63,877 nt of DNA, filler included, from Octopus bimaculoides (GCF_001194135.2; 4 parts of 4 records of this genome joined end to end with filler, not necessarily neighbours in it), one strand, 5' to 3'. Counted from the first letter of the whole stretch, positions 35,645 through 49,956 are shown. Notes: generated by a model from the sequence alone, not told the origin. Numbers and translations: made by a program.

Positions 35645-36152
35645 TTTCCAAAGTTTGGCACAAGGCCAGTAATTTCAGGGGAGGAGGTAAGTGGTAAGTC
35701 GATTACATCGACCCCAGTGCTCAACTGGTACTTATTCTATCGACCCCGAAAGGATGAAAGGCAAAGTCGACCTCGACGGAATTTGAATGATAACAGTAAT
35801 CCTTGTTACTATAAGCACAAGGCCTGAAATCTGTAGGGAGGGTTTACGTTGATCACATCGTCTCCAGTACTTGACTGGTACTTAATCTATCGACCCCGAA
35901 AGGATGAAAAAGTCGACCTCGACGGAATTTGAACAATAACAGTAATCCCTTCGACTATAAGCACAAGGCCTGACATCTGTGGTGGTGTGTATAAGTCGAT
36001 CACATCGTCTCCAGTACTTGACTGGTATTTAATTTATCGACCTAAAAAGGATGAAAAAGTCGACCTCGACGGAATTTGAATTTAGGACATAAAGACAGAC
36101 GAAATGCCGCTAAGCGTCATTGTCCGGCGGTCTAACTATTCTGCCAGATCGT
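35645..36152 (-). mobile_element. SINE family E with tandemly triplicated 3' module
   Basis: Three ~140-bp units ending ...aaagtcgacctcgacggaatttgaa; only the last continues into the tRNA head. Confidence 0.88.
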
Positions 36153-36668
36153 CACTCTAGAATCGATAATGGCACCAACAATATCGAGATAAAAAGTGAA
36201 TCTATCAATAGCCACACCAACGCAATCGATATTTGCATCAATGACACCAAGATCAACAGTGCTACCATCAATAATGGCATTGACGAGATCAATAGTTGCA
36301 CTAACGCCATCAGTACATGCATCAATGACTTCAATATCAACAGAGACACCATCAATTCCTGCACCAACACCGTTAAAATAATCAGCGACACCAATATCAG
36401 TTAGATTTTCAAGCATTTTTTTTTTTTACCTGCGCACGCCCTTTGATACCTATTTTACTCGGCTGGGCCCCACCCCATAGGTATTCAATGCTGAAAGACA
36501 TTCTGTTAAATTCCATTATAAAATATTCCACTAAAATCTCATTTTAAAATATCCCTTCGTATTATTTGTTGTTTTGTGACGTCCTGTGCCCACATATGCA
36601 TATGTATATACATAAACATGTACGTATGTACGTACACGTATGTATATATGCATATATATATTATTTAT

Positions 36669-36983
36669 GTGAAGGCGCGTGGCTTGGTGGTTAGGGCATT
36701 CGGCTCACGATCGTAAAGTCGTGAGTTCAATTCCCAGCGATGCGTTGTGTCCTTGAGCAAGACACTTTATTTCACGTTGCTCCAGTCCATTTAGCTGGCG
36801 AAAATGAGTAGTACCTGTATTTCAAAGGGCCAGCCTTGTCACACTCTGTGTCACCCTGAAAGCTACGAGAAGGGTACACGTGTCTGTGGAGTGCTCAGCC
36901 ACTTGCACGTTAATTTCACGAGCAGCCTGTTCTGTTGATCGGATCAGCTGGGACCCTTGTCGTCGTAACCGACGGAGTGCTCC
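36669..36983 (+). mobile_element. SINE family B
   Basis: gtgaaggcgcgtggcttggtggttagggcattcggctcacg head; same architecture as 33573. Confidence 0.9.
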
Positions 36984-38413
36984 TTAAATATATATATATA
37001 TATATATGTNNNNNNNNNNNNNNNNNNNNNNNNNNNNNNNNNNNNNNNNNNNNNNNNNNNNNNNNNNNNNNNNNNNNNNNNNNNNNNNNNNNNNNNNNNN
37101 NNNNNNNNNNNNNNNNNNNNNNNNNNNNNNNNNNNNNNNNNNNNNNNNNNNNNNNNNNNNNNNNNNNNNNNNNNNNNNNNNNNNNNNNNNNNNNNNNNNN
37201 NNNNNNNNNNNNNNNNNNNNNNNNNNNNNNNNNNNNNNNNNNNNNNNNNNNNNNNNNNNNNNNNNNNNNNNNNNNNNNNNNNNNNNNNNNNNNNNNNNNN
37301 NNNNNNNNNNNNNNNNNNNNNNNNNNNNNNNNNNNNNNNNNNNNNNNNNNNNNNNNNNNNNNNNNNNNNNNNNNNNNNNNNNNNNNNNNNNNNNNNNNNN
37401 NNNNNNNNNNNNNNNNNNNNNNNNNNNNNNNNNNNNNNNNNNNNNNNNNNNNNNNNNNNNNNNNNNNNNNNNNNNNNNNNNNNNNNNNNNNNNNNNNNNN
37501 NNNNNNNNNNNNNNNNNNNNNNNNNNNNNNNNNNNNNNNNNNNNNNNNNNNNNNNNNNNNNNNNNNNNNNNNNNNNNNNNNNNNNNNNNNNNNNNNNNNN
37601 NNNNNNNNNNNNNNNNNNNNNNNNNNNNNNNNNNNNNNNNNNNNNNNNNNNNNNNNNNNNNNNNNNNNNNNNNNNNNNNNNNNNNNNNNNNNNNNNNNNN
37701 NNNNNNNNNNNNNNNNNNNNNNNNNNNNNNNNNNNNNNNNNNNNNNNNNNNNNNNNNNNNNNNNNNNNNNNNNNNNNNNNNNNNNNNNNNNNNNNNNNNN
37801 NNNNNNNNNNNNNNNNNNNNNNNNNNNNNNNNNNNNNNNNNNNNNNNNNNNNNNNNNNNNNNNNNNNNNNNNNNNAGGAGGAGGAGGAGGGGGGGCGGGC
37901 AGCAATGGAAAGTAGAGTGATGGTGCATGCAGCCGAATAGCTGCAGTATAGTTTAGCAGAAGTAGAGGATGTTTGAACAATTAAGTAACAGTCTAGATGT
38001 AGATGTATGCGTGCGTGCGTTCATGTGCGTATGTGCATATGCATGTATGCATGCACATATGTATGCATGTATGTATGTATGTATGCATGTATGTATGTAG
38101 GTATGGTAGGTATGTAGGTAGGTAGGTAGGTAGGTAGGTAGGTAGGTTGGTAGGTTGGTAGGTAGGTATATACCTATGAATGTGTGTATGCATGCATGTA
38201 TGTATGTATTCATGCATGTATGTATTCCGATATGTAAGTGCGCATGTATATATGGGTGCATGTTTGCGTTTGCGAATGACTGTATGCATGTATATGTATA
38301 TATGTATATATATNNNNNNNNNNNNNNNNNNNNNNNNNNNNNNNNNNNNNNNNNNNNTTAATTAATTAANNNNNNNNNNNNNNNNNNNNNNNNNNNNNNN
38401 NNNNNNNNNNNNN

Positions 38414-39072
38414 TATATAGAGATTACATCTAATCTTAAACTAAGATGGGAATCTATACCGTATCATCTAAAAAGGATTTTATGCAATCCTTGCTACTAT
38501 TATTACATTATATTGATATGATATGTCTATGGACTAACTGTTATGATAAAATTCATTATAACACCTTGTCATATTTCAATTTTATTTAAACCAACGAAAT
38601 GTATTTCTTAAAATGTGTCTACATTTCAGAGCATTATTTGTTAATTTATTTATCAATTTACCCTTAGAGAATAGTATGAAATAGAGTTCCAACGTACAAA
38701 GCGAACAGTATTTCATACCCCTCTCATATGGCAAAGATCTCGCTACGATAGACCATTCTAACCAATATGGCTTATTTTGTTCTTTGAATTCCCAGATGTA
38801 CTTACTAAGACTAGTGCTTGCTATTTTCCTCCTATCTCTAAAGGTGCAGAAATGATTAGAGATTTCTTTTACATACTTGTCCTGAAGTGCATCCAAGGTA
38901 TCTTGTAGTATCTGTTTGAGTCCTTACCTTACATTGATAAACTACATTTTTGACCTTCGCATTAGGTCCTTCAAATTCCAATCTCCTAGGGTTTACCTCA
39001 TTTACTGTAATTAAATTCCTACTATTACATACATTATCACTATTATTAATAATATCTCCATTATTATTATTA

Positions 39073-39137
<65 letters not shown>

Positions 39138-40640
39138 GCTATTTATATCATGGTTTAAATTCCCATTCCCCCTTATTTCTTTAGACTTTAGTATTTTAAA
39201 ATTATGTGCTGCAATTATTTGTGCTAAGTTCATGGTATTTGAAAACCCAAATCTAATGATATGTGTATTAATAATTTTTCCATAGTGTGAACTCTTTGGG
39301 AAATGTCTACTTATCACCTCTCTAAACTTTGCAATCTGGTTACTTTTGATATTCCTCCCATATGGGATTATGAACCAAACTTTATCATCTTTATTATTAT
39401 CATAATTACTAATATCATTCTTAAAAAAAATTAAATTGCTTATGTTATGTTTATGGAAATATTTGGGTTTATTTCCCTTATTTCCATTATTATTACTACA
39501 GCCATCTGTCTTAATTTTATTGTTATCATTTTCAATATAGTAAACCTTGTCTCTATAACCAGCCTTATTTAATGTTGCATTATAGAAATGAGCTTCATTA
39601 TTAAAAACTCTATTATTAGCAGGTAATCTAGAGAGTCCTAATGAAATATTTTAAACTAAATTATCAATAATAGCTCTAGGATGGTTACTTGATTTATTTA
39701 TATACTTTAGGTTCGTTAAAGGTTTATGGTATGGTCTATATGTCTCATTTTTAATATCTAACGTTACATCTAAAAAATTTGGCACTGAAATATCATCTTC
39801 ATAAACTATGCTCATCCCCATTCTACTGAAAAATCTAGCCAGCCTACCCTTAATCCTCTACAGTTCCTGGTTAGAGCAATTCCTAACATATAAAAGGCAG
39901 TCATCCCTATATAGACCCCCGTAATCCTAGAGAATTGATAATTTAATTCGTAAAGAATAAATGAACTCACCACATCAGCTATTTGAGCTAAGTCTGAGCT
40001 TCCCATGGGGACATCGAAAGCATCTGGTGTATCCTTTCTTATCCATATTTTATCGCTAAAGCTAATAAAGGATTTTCTAGCAGCTGTTATTACTTTAAAT
40101 TCTTCTCTAGTAAGACCAGCCTTTTTATGGAAAAACCACATTGCCTTATTTAATATTATCGGATTAATCGATCTATAAAAATTTGCTATATCAAATTGGA
40201 TAAATTTAGTGTTTTCTTTGTGCTCAATAGAGTTAAACCAACTTATTACTTGGTCTGTACTAGACTATAATTCTAACTTCAACTTAATTATTATTTTAGG
40301 TAAATTCTTATTAATAATGTTTTTACTTAATACTCCAATGTCTGTTTTTGTTCGGCTTATGAGTCTTAAAGATGGTTGTGTCCAAAAGTTCACTTTATGA
40401 TCCTTAAGGATGAATCTCGGTTCTTTTGGTACCAATGGTTCCGTCCTATCTGTCAGATCTTGAATAATTAAAACATAGAACTGACCAAGGAGTTACCTCC
40501 CCTACAAATTAGCGGAAGTAAACAGAGAAGATCTCGTATTTAACCGAAAATGGTATAGTTTTTAAAAATTGATTTGTTCGATCAATTCATTATGTTTCCT
40601 TTTGTTTTTTTGTTCTAATGAAAATCATTCCTGATGACGT
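38414..40640 (-). mobile_element. Penelope-like retroelement (RT + linker + GIY-YIG), decayed; possibly Naiad-type
   Basis: Minus-strand motifs with stops/frameshifts: FILKDHKVNF...RLISRTKTDIG...WFNSIEHKENTKFIQFDIANFYRSI; FDVPMGSSDLAQIAD; RHFPKSSHYGKIIN; VVYQCKV...RYLGCT; STSLSKYIWEFK...WSIV...CSLCTLE...KCRH. Subgroup assignment is tentative. Confidence 0.92.
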
Positions 40641-41829
40641 GTAAGACAACTAATATATTTAANNNNNNNNNNNNNNNNNNNNNNNNNNNNNNNNNNNNNN
40701 NNNNNNNNNNNNNNNNNNNNNNNNNNNNNNNNNNNNNNNNNNNNNNNNNNNNNNNNNNNNNNNNNNNNNNNNNNNNNNNNNNNNNNNNNNNNNNNNNNNN
40801 NNNNNNNNNNNNNNNNNNNNNNNNNNNNNNNNNNNNNNNNNNNNNNNNNNNNNNNNNNNNNNNNNNNNNNNNNNNNNNNNNNNNNNNNNNNNNNNNNNNN
40901 NNNNNNNNNNNNNNNNNNNNNNNNNNNNNNNNNNNNNNNNNNNNNNNNNNNNNNNNNNNNNNNNNNNNNNNNNNNNNNNNNNNNNNNNNNNNNNNNNNNN
41001 NNNNNNNNNNNNNNNNNNNNNNNNNNNNNNNNNNNNNNNNNNNNNNNNNNNNNNNNNNNNNNNNNNNNNNNNNNNNNNNNNNNNNNNNNNNNNNNNNNNN
41101 NNNNNNNNNNNNNNNNNNNNNNNNNNNNNNNNNNNNNNNNNNNNNNNNNNNNNNNNNNNNNNNNNNNNNNNNNNNNNNNNNNNNNNNNNNNNNNNNNNNN
41201 NNNNNNNNNNNNNNNNNNNNNNNNNNNNNNNNNNNNNNNNNNNNNNNNNNNNNNNNNNNNNNNNNNNNNNNNNNNNNNNNNNNNNNNNNNNNNNNNNNNT
41301 ATATATATATATATATATATAAATGTATATATATATATATATATAAATGCGCATGCTTGGTAAGTGCCAACGTAAGAACCTTTCTTCCCTTGAGTCACTC
41401 TGTTGTTTCTGCTAAACATTAATTAAAGAATAATATTGTGTATGTCTAAATATATACGTTGGTATGTGTGCATATAAATATATAAGCATTCGTGTATGTT
41501 TTTGTATACTTGTTTCTATATTTACACTTAGTTGTGCATACGTACGAATTCATCTTCAAGCCTTCGGTACATAATAATGTACACATAAATGAATGTGTAT
41601 GGTCTGCGTAGATATACCTATATGTTGTATATATGTATACATATTAGTGGGTGTGTACATATGTACGTACACTTATATACATATACTCTGTTTTCCATGT
41701 TTATATTTACAGGTATGTGTAAGTGGCTGTGCGAGTATCCATCAACGCGTATTCATATGAATACGTTACAAAATGAAACCTTTCAAGTTTGCACTACTAC
41801 CGTTTTCTCTTATCAACACTTCTTATTCA

Positions 41830-41854
41830 TTCTATTATTATCATCATCATTATC

Positions 41855-41911
<57 letters not shown>

Positions 41912-42444
41912 GCTATTATCATTATTATTATTATTATTATTGCTATTATTATCATCATCGTCATCATTACAGCGGTGAACTTGCAGAATCTTTAGCACGT
42001 TCTACGAAATGCTTAGCGGTGTTGCCGCGTTCTGAATTGAAATTCTGCTTAGCTCGACTTTGCCTTTCATCCTTTCGGAGTCGATGAAATAAATACCAGT
42101 AAAATGCCAGGGGTCAATGTAATCGACTAGCCCCCTTCCCAAAATTTCAAATTTTGTACCTATAGCAGAAATACCTATAACGGTATTTCGCCCGTCCCTA
42201 CGTTTGGAGTTCAAATTCCACCGAGGTCGTCTTTGCTATCATCCTTTTAGGGTCGATAAAGTAAGTACCAGGTGAACACTGGGGTCGATGTATTCGACTT
42301 AATCCCCTTCCTCCATCTGTCTTTGTGGCAAATATTTGAAATCATTATTATCTAAGTACCAGTCAAGTACTAGGGTCGACGAGATCGGTTTTTCCCCGCT
42401 CCCTACTAAAATCCAGACCTTGTGTCTATAGTAGAAATAATTGA

Positions 42445-42503
<59 letters not shown>

Positions 42504-42715
42504 TAGGCAGTGAGCTGTTAGAATCGTTAGGACTCCGGACAAAAAGTGGCATCACGTCTATCTTTCCGTTCTGAGTTCAAATTCTACCGAGGTTAGGTTT
42601 GCCATCCATCCTTTCAGGGTCAATAAATTAAGTGCTAGTCAAGCACTGAGATCGATGTGATCGATAATTCCCCTCCCTACACATTCCAGGCCTTTTGCCA
42701 ATAGTAGAAAAGATG
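41830..42715 (+). mobile_element. Array of ~4 SINE family E copies with (ATT)n spacers
   Basis: Heads at ~41970, ~42180 and ~42505, plus a 3' module at ~42355; each has the gtcgat...atcgac hairpin and ggccttgtg tail. Confidence 0.85.
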
Positions 42716-42918
42716 ATTATTATTATCATCGTCATCATCGTCGTCATCATCGTCGTCATCATCATTGTCGTCATCCTTTTTGGTATTCTTCTTCTTCTTC
42801 TTCTTCTTCTTCTTCTTCTTCTTCTTCTTCTGCTTCTTCTTCTTCTTTGTCTTCTTCTTCTTACACTTCTTCCCCTTCTCTTCTTCTTCTTCTTCTTCTT
42901 CTTCTTCTTCTTCCCTTT

Positions 42919-42974
<56 letters not shown>

Positions 42975-42980
42975 GTTGCT
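42716..42980. repeat. (TCA/TCG)(TCT)n(CTA)n compound microsatellite
   Basis: Directly visible. Confidence 0.95.
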
Positions 42981-43357
42981 GATACACACGCACAATGGCG
43001 ATGTTATAACGATATATGTACATATATATATATATCGTTGTTTATTATCTAATTTGGCTTATGTTGTTTCTTTTATTTTTCTCACTGTCTCATATTTTCT
43101 GATGAGACTTTGATAAAGTTTTTTTATGATGTCATAGAACTGTAGGTGGAAATTTCGTTGCACATAAGTAAATTTCTTGCTCATGTGTATTGTCAACACC
43201 ACTGTGTTCATATCGAAGAACAGTGTTTGTTTGCTTGTTTTTCAGTGTGTCGACGAATGTAGCTAAGATACTAGGACATCCTTTCCATTGAACAGTACAC
43301 ATTTCTGTGTTCCGCCCCAAAATCGCAATATGCTTAACATAAAACATAATATTCTCT

Positions 43358-43495
43358 TCTACTCTAGGCACAAGGCACGAAATATTTGGAGATCAAATCC
43401 AGTACGCAACTGGTACTTAATTTATCGACCCCAATATGATGAAAAGCAAAGTCAACCTCGGCGGAATTTGAACTCAGAACGTAAAGACAGGCGAA
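43358..43495 (-). mobile_element. SINE family E fragment
   Basis: gcaaagtcaacctcggcggaatttgaactcagaacgtaaagacagg. Confidence 0.85.
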
Positions 43496-44469
43496 CATAA
43501 AACATAATATTATCAGATAACTGAATAACACTGATTTTAAAAATTCGAACTAAAATTCAGAAGTTAAAATTAGACGAGCAATTTAGTACGTTAACTATTT
43601 ATTGCAAAAACTTAATTAAGTTTCTTTCGAATGGATAATGGCTATCACTAGAAGCACATCTATAAAGGGGAATAAAGTCGGTGGATTGTAAAGTAAAAAT
43701 GAATTTTAGATTAGTCAAGTTTGTATTTAAATATTTAGTCACATTGCATACCTATTTCTTTAAATCTAAAAATAAATGCCATATTACATTCCTATGTAGT
43801 TTTTGGATGACGGAATAGAAAAGAAAGATTGAGAAAGTTGCATATTGTTGCATTCGTAATAGCATATAATGTCCGTAGCGATTGCAGTTATTTATGACTA
43901 AGTGAAGACCATACCATCAGGCAACATATTTTGCAGAATAGAAAAATATATTTCTCATATCATACAAACAGCTAATATAGAAATATTATATCTTAATTCG
44001 TTGAATATATTCCTGTACCAGTGGATTTCCAATTTCAAACTAGATGAGCCCACACTCAACAGATGATGTCTTAGGTGGCAGCAAGACCTTCAACACATAC
44101 GAGGCATGTTGCAAATTAAGACAATTTCCTACCAAGAAATTAAATACGAAAATTTATGTTCTTCCAAATATAATGCAACACGTGGGAAAACAGAACTGAA
44201 GATGGATAACTATATTATCAGGCAACGCATGATGTTTTGATTTATACTTGCGAGTTTTTGTGCTTCACTGCGTCTGTTACTCAATGAAACAGCGATGTTT
44301 TGGACCAAGTCACGTTTTTCATTACAAGAAAAAAAGGAAACGGGAGTAATTGAGTGGCCGAATGTTGGAGAAATATGAAGTAAGGAAAAGGAACATTAAC
44401 TAGATCAATATAATTGTACTCTACACTGTGAATTGAATACTCTCTTGTTATACTTAAAATAATATATTA

Positions 44470-44539
44470 ATCATATATATGTACGTATAGATGTATATGT
44501 GTGTGTGCGTTTGTGTACATATATATGTGTACATATATT

Positions 44540-44599
<60 letters not shown>

Positions 44600-44694
44600 C
44601 ATAAATACATACCCACATGCATACATACATACACGCACATATGTATACATACATACCCACATAGATACATACATACACACATACACATATGTAT

Positions 44695-44737
<43 letters not shown>

Positions 44738-44775
44738 CATATATACATACATACATACACACACAAACACCCATA
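44470..44775. repeat. (TA)/(CATA)/(CA) compound microsatellite
   Basis: Directly visible. Confidence 0.95.
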
Positions 44776-45699
44776 TAATCGTTCATGGTCGCCACAGAAA
44801 TAAATAAATAGACGGCTAAAAGGAAAGCTGGCCAGAGAGAAATAAATGTAAGCATAAAGAGAGTGACAGAAAAGAAAAAGAGATGTGTGCGTGCTGTATA
44901 ATCCAATCACTATAATCAACTAGCTGCATATAGAAAAACCTGTATGACTGATGGCTTTATTGAAACTTGCAGTAGGCTTCATTTTGTTAATCCTGCTGTT
45001 TGATGCCTGCAAGATGTTGGCTTCTTGTGCGTTATCTCCAGTTGCAGCGATTAACATCATTCAGATTATAGCTAATTTCCTTGCAGTAATCTATGCATAA
45101 ATATCTTAGAAGCTATTATAATTCTTGTAGCGTTGCTCTTATCTGCATGGCATATTAATGCTAATGTGTGTGCGTGTGTATATATATATATAATGTTTAT
45201 ATATATATAATTATACACATATGAAAGTACATATGCATATATAAAATCTGTATCTCTACATAATACACACACACTCGCATACACGCACACGCATACACAC
45301 ACATATGTATATATATATATATATATATACGCGCGCGCGGTGACACACACATATCGTTCTTCTTTGAGTAAATGGTTCATGTACAATGCTGATCATATCG
45401 ATAGTGACAGACTACGAATATATAAAAATTGGATTTTGGGCGATTGCACAAAATGTATTGATATGATACTGGCTAAAGGAAAATGCTTACGTATTTCGAT
45501 TTCTACTGATGACTATTTCTTTCAACTATATTCCGAAAGTATCTCAGAAAATGTCAGTACCCAAAACTCTGAATTGGATGATATAACATATATGTACATG
45601 CGTGTGTATGTGCATATGTGTGTATGCGTTTGTTTATCTATCTATTTTTCCATCTCTCTATCTCTCTCTCTTTCTTACTCTCTCTCATATATATATGTG

Positions 45700-45733
<34 letters not shown>

Positions 45734-48700
45734 CTTATATAAGTTTTGGGATCATTGTGTCTAAGAGAATATATGAAATACATATACATATGGAGGCATC
45801 CTGACATCAACACGCCTGTACGTATTATATATATGTAATATTTATCTATAAATGCTTATTTGTGTCTGTTTTATATGAAATTTATAAAACAAATATTCGA
45901 TCGATAAATATTCATTATAAATATATAGTCATTTCGTTTAATAAGTCGGTTATGGAGAACGTATACGTTTCAATACATTTCAGTATCTATTGAAAAGTGA
46001 ACGTTGATTGTATAACGGAACCCATCCCGTTACATGTGATAATCATCATGATGTCGATAATGTATGGGGTAGGTTGTATAGAATAGTCGTACATGGCATC
46101 TCAACGGTAGGGAGATACGGTCATTATCAACGGATTTGATGAAGGAAAAATGAATGAGGGAGAGAATATTCAGGGTTGCTGATAGAATGGGAGAAGTGAG
46201 AAAATGAGAGTAGTAGTAAGTAATAAGAAATAGAGACAGTGGAAGCATGGATGTGAAAGAGGTGAGGCAGATTCAAATAGGACTGAATTTCAGGAATAAT
46301 TGTGCATGTTGGAATACTAGCATTTATATCATGGAAGAATGTCCGGTTCAGAATGGGTAAAAAATATAACGTTTCATAGTTATATATATATATATATNNN
46401 NNNNNNNNNNNNNNNNNNNNNNNNNNNNNNNNNNNNNNNNNNNNNNNNNNNNNNNNNNNNNNNNNNNNNNNNNNNNNNNNNNNNNNNNNNNNNNNNNNNN
46501 NNNNNNNNNNNNNNNNNNNNNNNNNNNNNNNNNNNNNNNNNNNNNNNNNNNNNNNNNNNNNNNNNNNNNNNNNNNNNNNNNNNNNNNNNNNNNNNNNNNN
46601 NNNNNNNNNNNNNNNNNNNNNNNNNNNNNNNNNNNNNNNNNNNNNNNNNNNNNNNNNNNNNNNNNNNNNNNNNNNNNNNNNNNNNNNNNNNNNNNNNNNN
46701 NNNNNNNNNNNNNNNNNNNNNNNNNNNNNNNNNNNNNNNNNNNNNNNNNNNNNNNNNNNNNNNNNNNNNNNTGTGTGTGTGTGTGTGTGTAATGATATAT
46801 ATATATATGCATTTATTTGTATGTGAATATCATATTATTTTCAAACCAGCTAAGTTTCTGAAAAGATCTAAAATTATAAAATATTTAGCAAATTGGGCAG
46901 TCAGTGTAATTATAAATTATCGTAGCTAATTCGACGCTGTTAAATGAATTCTGAAACCTGAGCATTTTCCAGGAAAATGATACCATTTAGTCGATTAGGG
47001 ATAAATAAATTTCTTGATTTTATTCAAGGCAAGTTTATGTAACTGAATTAATAGCTATTCAGAGATTTTCACTGGTTATTAATGTGTATCTGGATGATGG
47101 AATGATGTGAATTAATAAGGATTTCAAAAACAGACATAAAAATACAAATCTACAAGGAAACGTAGTCATCAAATGCATGAATACTCGTATTACAAGTTAT
47201 CGTTCTTAAACCAATGTCATAGACGAAACGCAATGATAAACTCCATTGGTTCTATCTGGATCGTTGAAAGACGAATAAAAACAATGTTCGGTGCAACATA
47301 ATTTAATTCAGCACATTAATATTTAGTCTTTTACACTACACTGCTGTCTGTCACATTACCTTTTAAGCTGCTTTAGATGTACACATGTAATTAAATATAA
47401 CAAGCTGCCTCATGTAATAGTTAGTTATAAAGATAAGAAACATTATACACTAAAACATACCTTCAGCAACGCATGACAGTCTTTCAGTAATTTATTATTG
47501 TTTTTATCTATTGTGTTACCGAATGTATACTGGCTTTGTGTCATTGAATTGTATTACAGTGTTGTTTAGTCAATCCTTTACTGGGCACAATTCTGTTTAT
47601 CATTATAGTACATTCATACTCTTCAGATTTTCCATAATAAGGCACGTGAGTATCTCTGTGCTTTGACAATGATTTTCAACACAATCATTCTCGTTACATC
47701 TCAGGCCACAGCATTTCTGCCAACCAGGCTAACAGTATTTGCAATCATTAAGAATCATTTTCCGTGTCATACGATTCCTAAATCTCGTGATCTTTGGTTG
47801 ATTTGAGAAATAACGGAAATATTTGATATCGAAATGGAAAAAATGATTCTGTATATTCAAAACAGCCTTCACCACGAAATTGAAGCATTGATACACACCA
47901 ACTGACACACACACGTTCATATAACTATATCCATTCTTTCAGACATATCTACTCATCGCATAAATTCATACATACACATATAACTTTGCTAATAAATCGG
48001 AGGTAATGTGTCACAATCGTGTAGAATAAATCAGAACAGGATTTCATAAGTTTATTGATGATATTTATCCTAAGATTATTCTTAATCCAACAAACATACA
48101 TGATCTAATGCATCCAAGCTATGGCCATCCATTATTTGTCATAGTCTACTTTGATATTCCATGTATCTAATGTCTGCCACTGTTACTTTGCCCAAGGCCA
48201 GCCTTGGTCCAGCAGAACTGCGATCAAAGGCTTTCTTTCTTTATCGTCATTCATGAATAATGTATCCAGAATTGCATTAACGAAAGTGTCCTTCTATTTG
48301 TAGGATAAAGGAGTTTGATTTGATCTCTATTTCTAACGAAACGCTATGTATATATCGTTCTTAACAAGAACTAAATCGTACTGAACATCAGAGAAGCATT
48401 GAAGTAGTTTGTCCATGACTTACTGCTCATAATCATATGCAATTATTTTAAACAGTAGAATATTAATTCCTTTTACTATCGATTCTTTAAAGTGGCACTA
48501 GGACACACATGGATACGACAGAACTGTCAAGGGAACTGATATCAGTGCATTACTGGCTCTTTGTTTTTTTAATGAACCTTGCTCGATTGAAAGGTAAAAT
48601 CGACTCCATGGAGATTTTGCTCAGAAGATTAACGAACGAAAATGAATATCCTAAGGTATTTTATCAGGAATTCTATCACTTCTGTCATTCGCAATTGCTT

Positions 48701-49662
48701 TTTATCGTTATTTTATTTACTTTTTTTTTGAAAAGGTAACACCAATATTCATCTTTCCATCTTCATTATCATCATATTGTAGCTGTGTCACGTGGTCCCT
48801 CTTACACTGGTTATCAATATTCCACTGTGAAAGTCCTGAATATTTTCATCGTTTTAAAATGTTAAAAACAATGTTAAAACGTTAAAAACAAAGCTATTAA
48901 TCCACTGATATTCGCTGTATTTTTATGTCAATCATGATAATGAATTAGCTTGTGTCAAATATGCGAGCAAACGTATATAGTGTAGAACAAACTAACACAA
49001 TAAGACATTTTGTTTGCGGAACATTCATAATAAATTGGCTTTGTAAGAATCTCGTAGGAGATAGAAATAAAATAAATGGGTGAACCTTTGAGGTAAAGGT
49101 AGTTTCAAGTCTAACTAACCGTATTTTATTACTGAAAAATGTTATCATTTGCAAAATTAATCCCATTTCGAATTGTAAGTTGTAGTAACAGAGAATTGCT
49201 TACTGAATTGCGTACTATTGTACAAAAATATACAGGTACAGATGGTTACTTTTACCTCTCAAGCTCACTGTCTTTATCTCCTTTTCAATAAATCCTGCTC
49301 TCTTTTGTTTGACAGTGCCCAGATTACGATTTAGTTGCACTATAGATTGAGGTAATTTCACTTAATCTCACTTATCATGAGCATTGTATGTTAAAACTCA
49401 GAAGCCATGAGGTTGCATACTACTTCTTCCGAAACCTAAATCCACTTTCACCATACGGACAGAAAAATAAATCAATGACGTCAGACTTGATACAATTAAA
49501 GTTGACAGGATTTTAAATACATTCAAAAACAGTTGATATAAATTATTACAGAAGCAAGTTTACGTGAGGATTTCTTTTCTCAGTATGGAGTCTTCTATAT
49601 AATTTATCCTATTAGGAATTTTGTGCATAAAATGTTATCGTTTGCAAAGTTTTTTCCTTAAA

Positions 49663-49721
<59 letters not shown>

Positions 49722-49956
49722 TACATATATATATATGGGTGGGGGCATGTGTGAATGAATGAATGCATATATGCATGTATGTGTGAGTATGTATGTATGT
49801 GTGTATGTATGTATGTATGTATCTATATATGTATGTGTGTATGTATGTATATATGTGTGTATGTATATACGCGCGCGCACACACACTCTCACACACACAC
49901 GCACTCTCTCTCTCACACCCACACACACACACACACACACATATATATTATTCAAA

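Larger units (their letters stand above)
32580..36412. repeat. Cryptic triplet-phased repeat (atcaatagctgcaccaac-like units) fragmented by SINE insertions
   Basis: Recurring atcaacagctgcacc / atcaatagttgcac / ttaacagctgcacc motifs at ~32995, 34300, 35070, 35455, 36290 and 36350. Confidence 0.6.

Noticed and set aside
44949-45098. 49-aa hydrophobic ORF (MALLKLAVGFILLILLFDAC...) resembling a signal peptide
   Set aside because: Short ORFs like this are expected by chance in AT-rich DNA; no homology or splice support.
45955-46020. Minus-strand GAAAC-GTATAC-GTT palindromic half-hammerhead
   Set aside because: No recognisable CUGANGA or stem I upstream; too degenerate to call.
47590-47745. Cys-rich minus-strand peptide C*PGWQKCCGLRCNENDCVENHCQ resembling an EGF repeat
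   Set aside because: It has an in-frame stop, wrong Cys spacing and no convincing splice sites.
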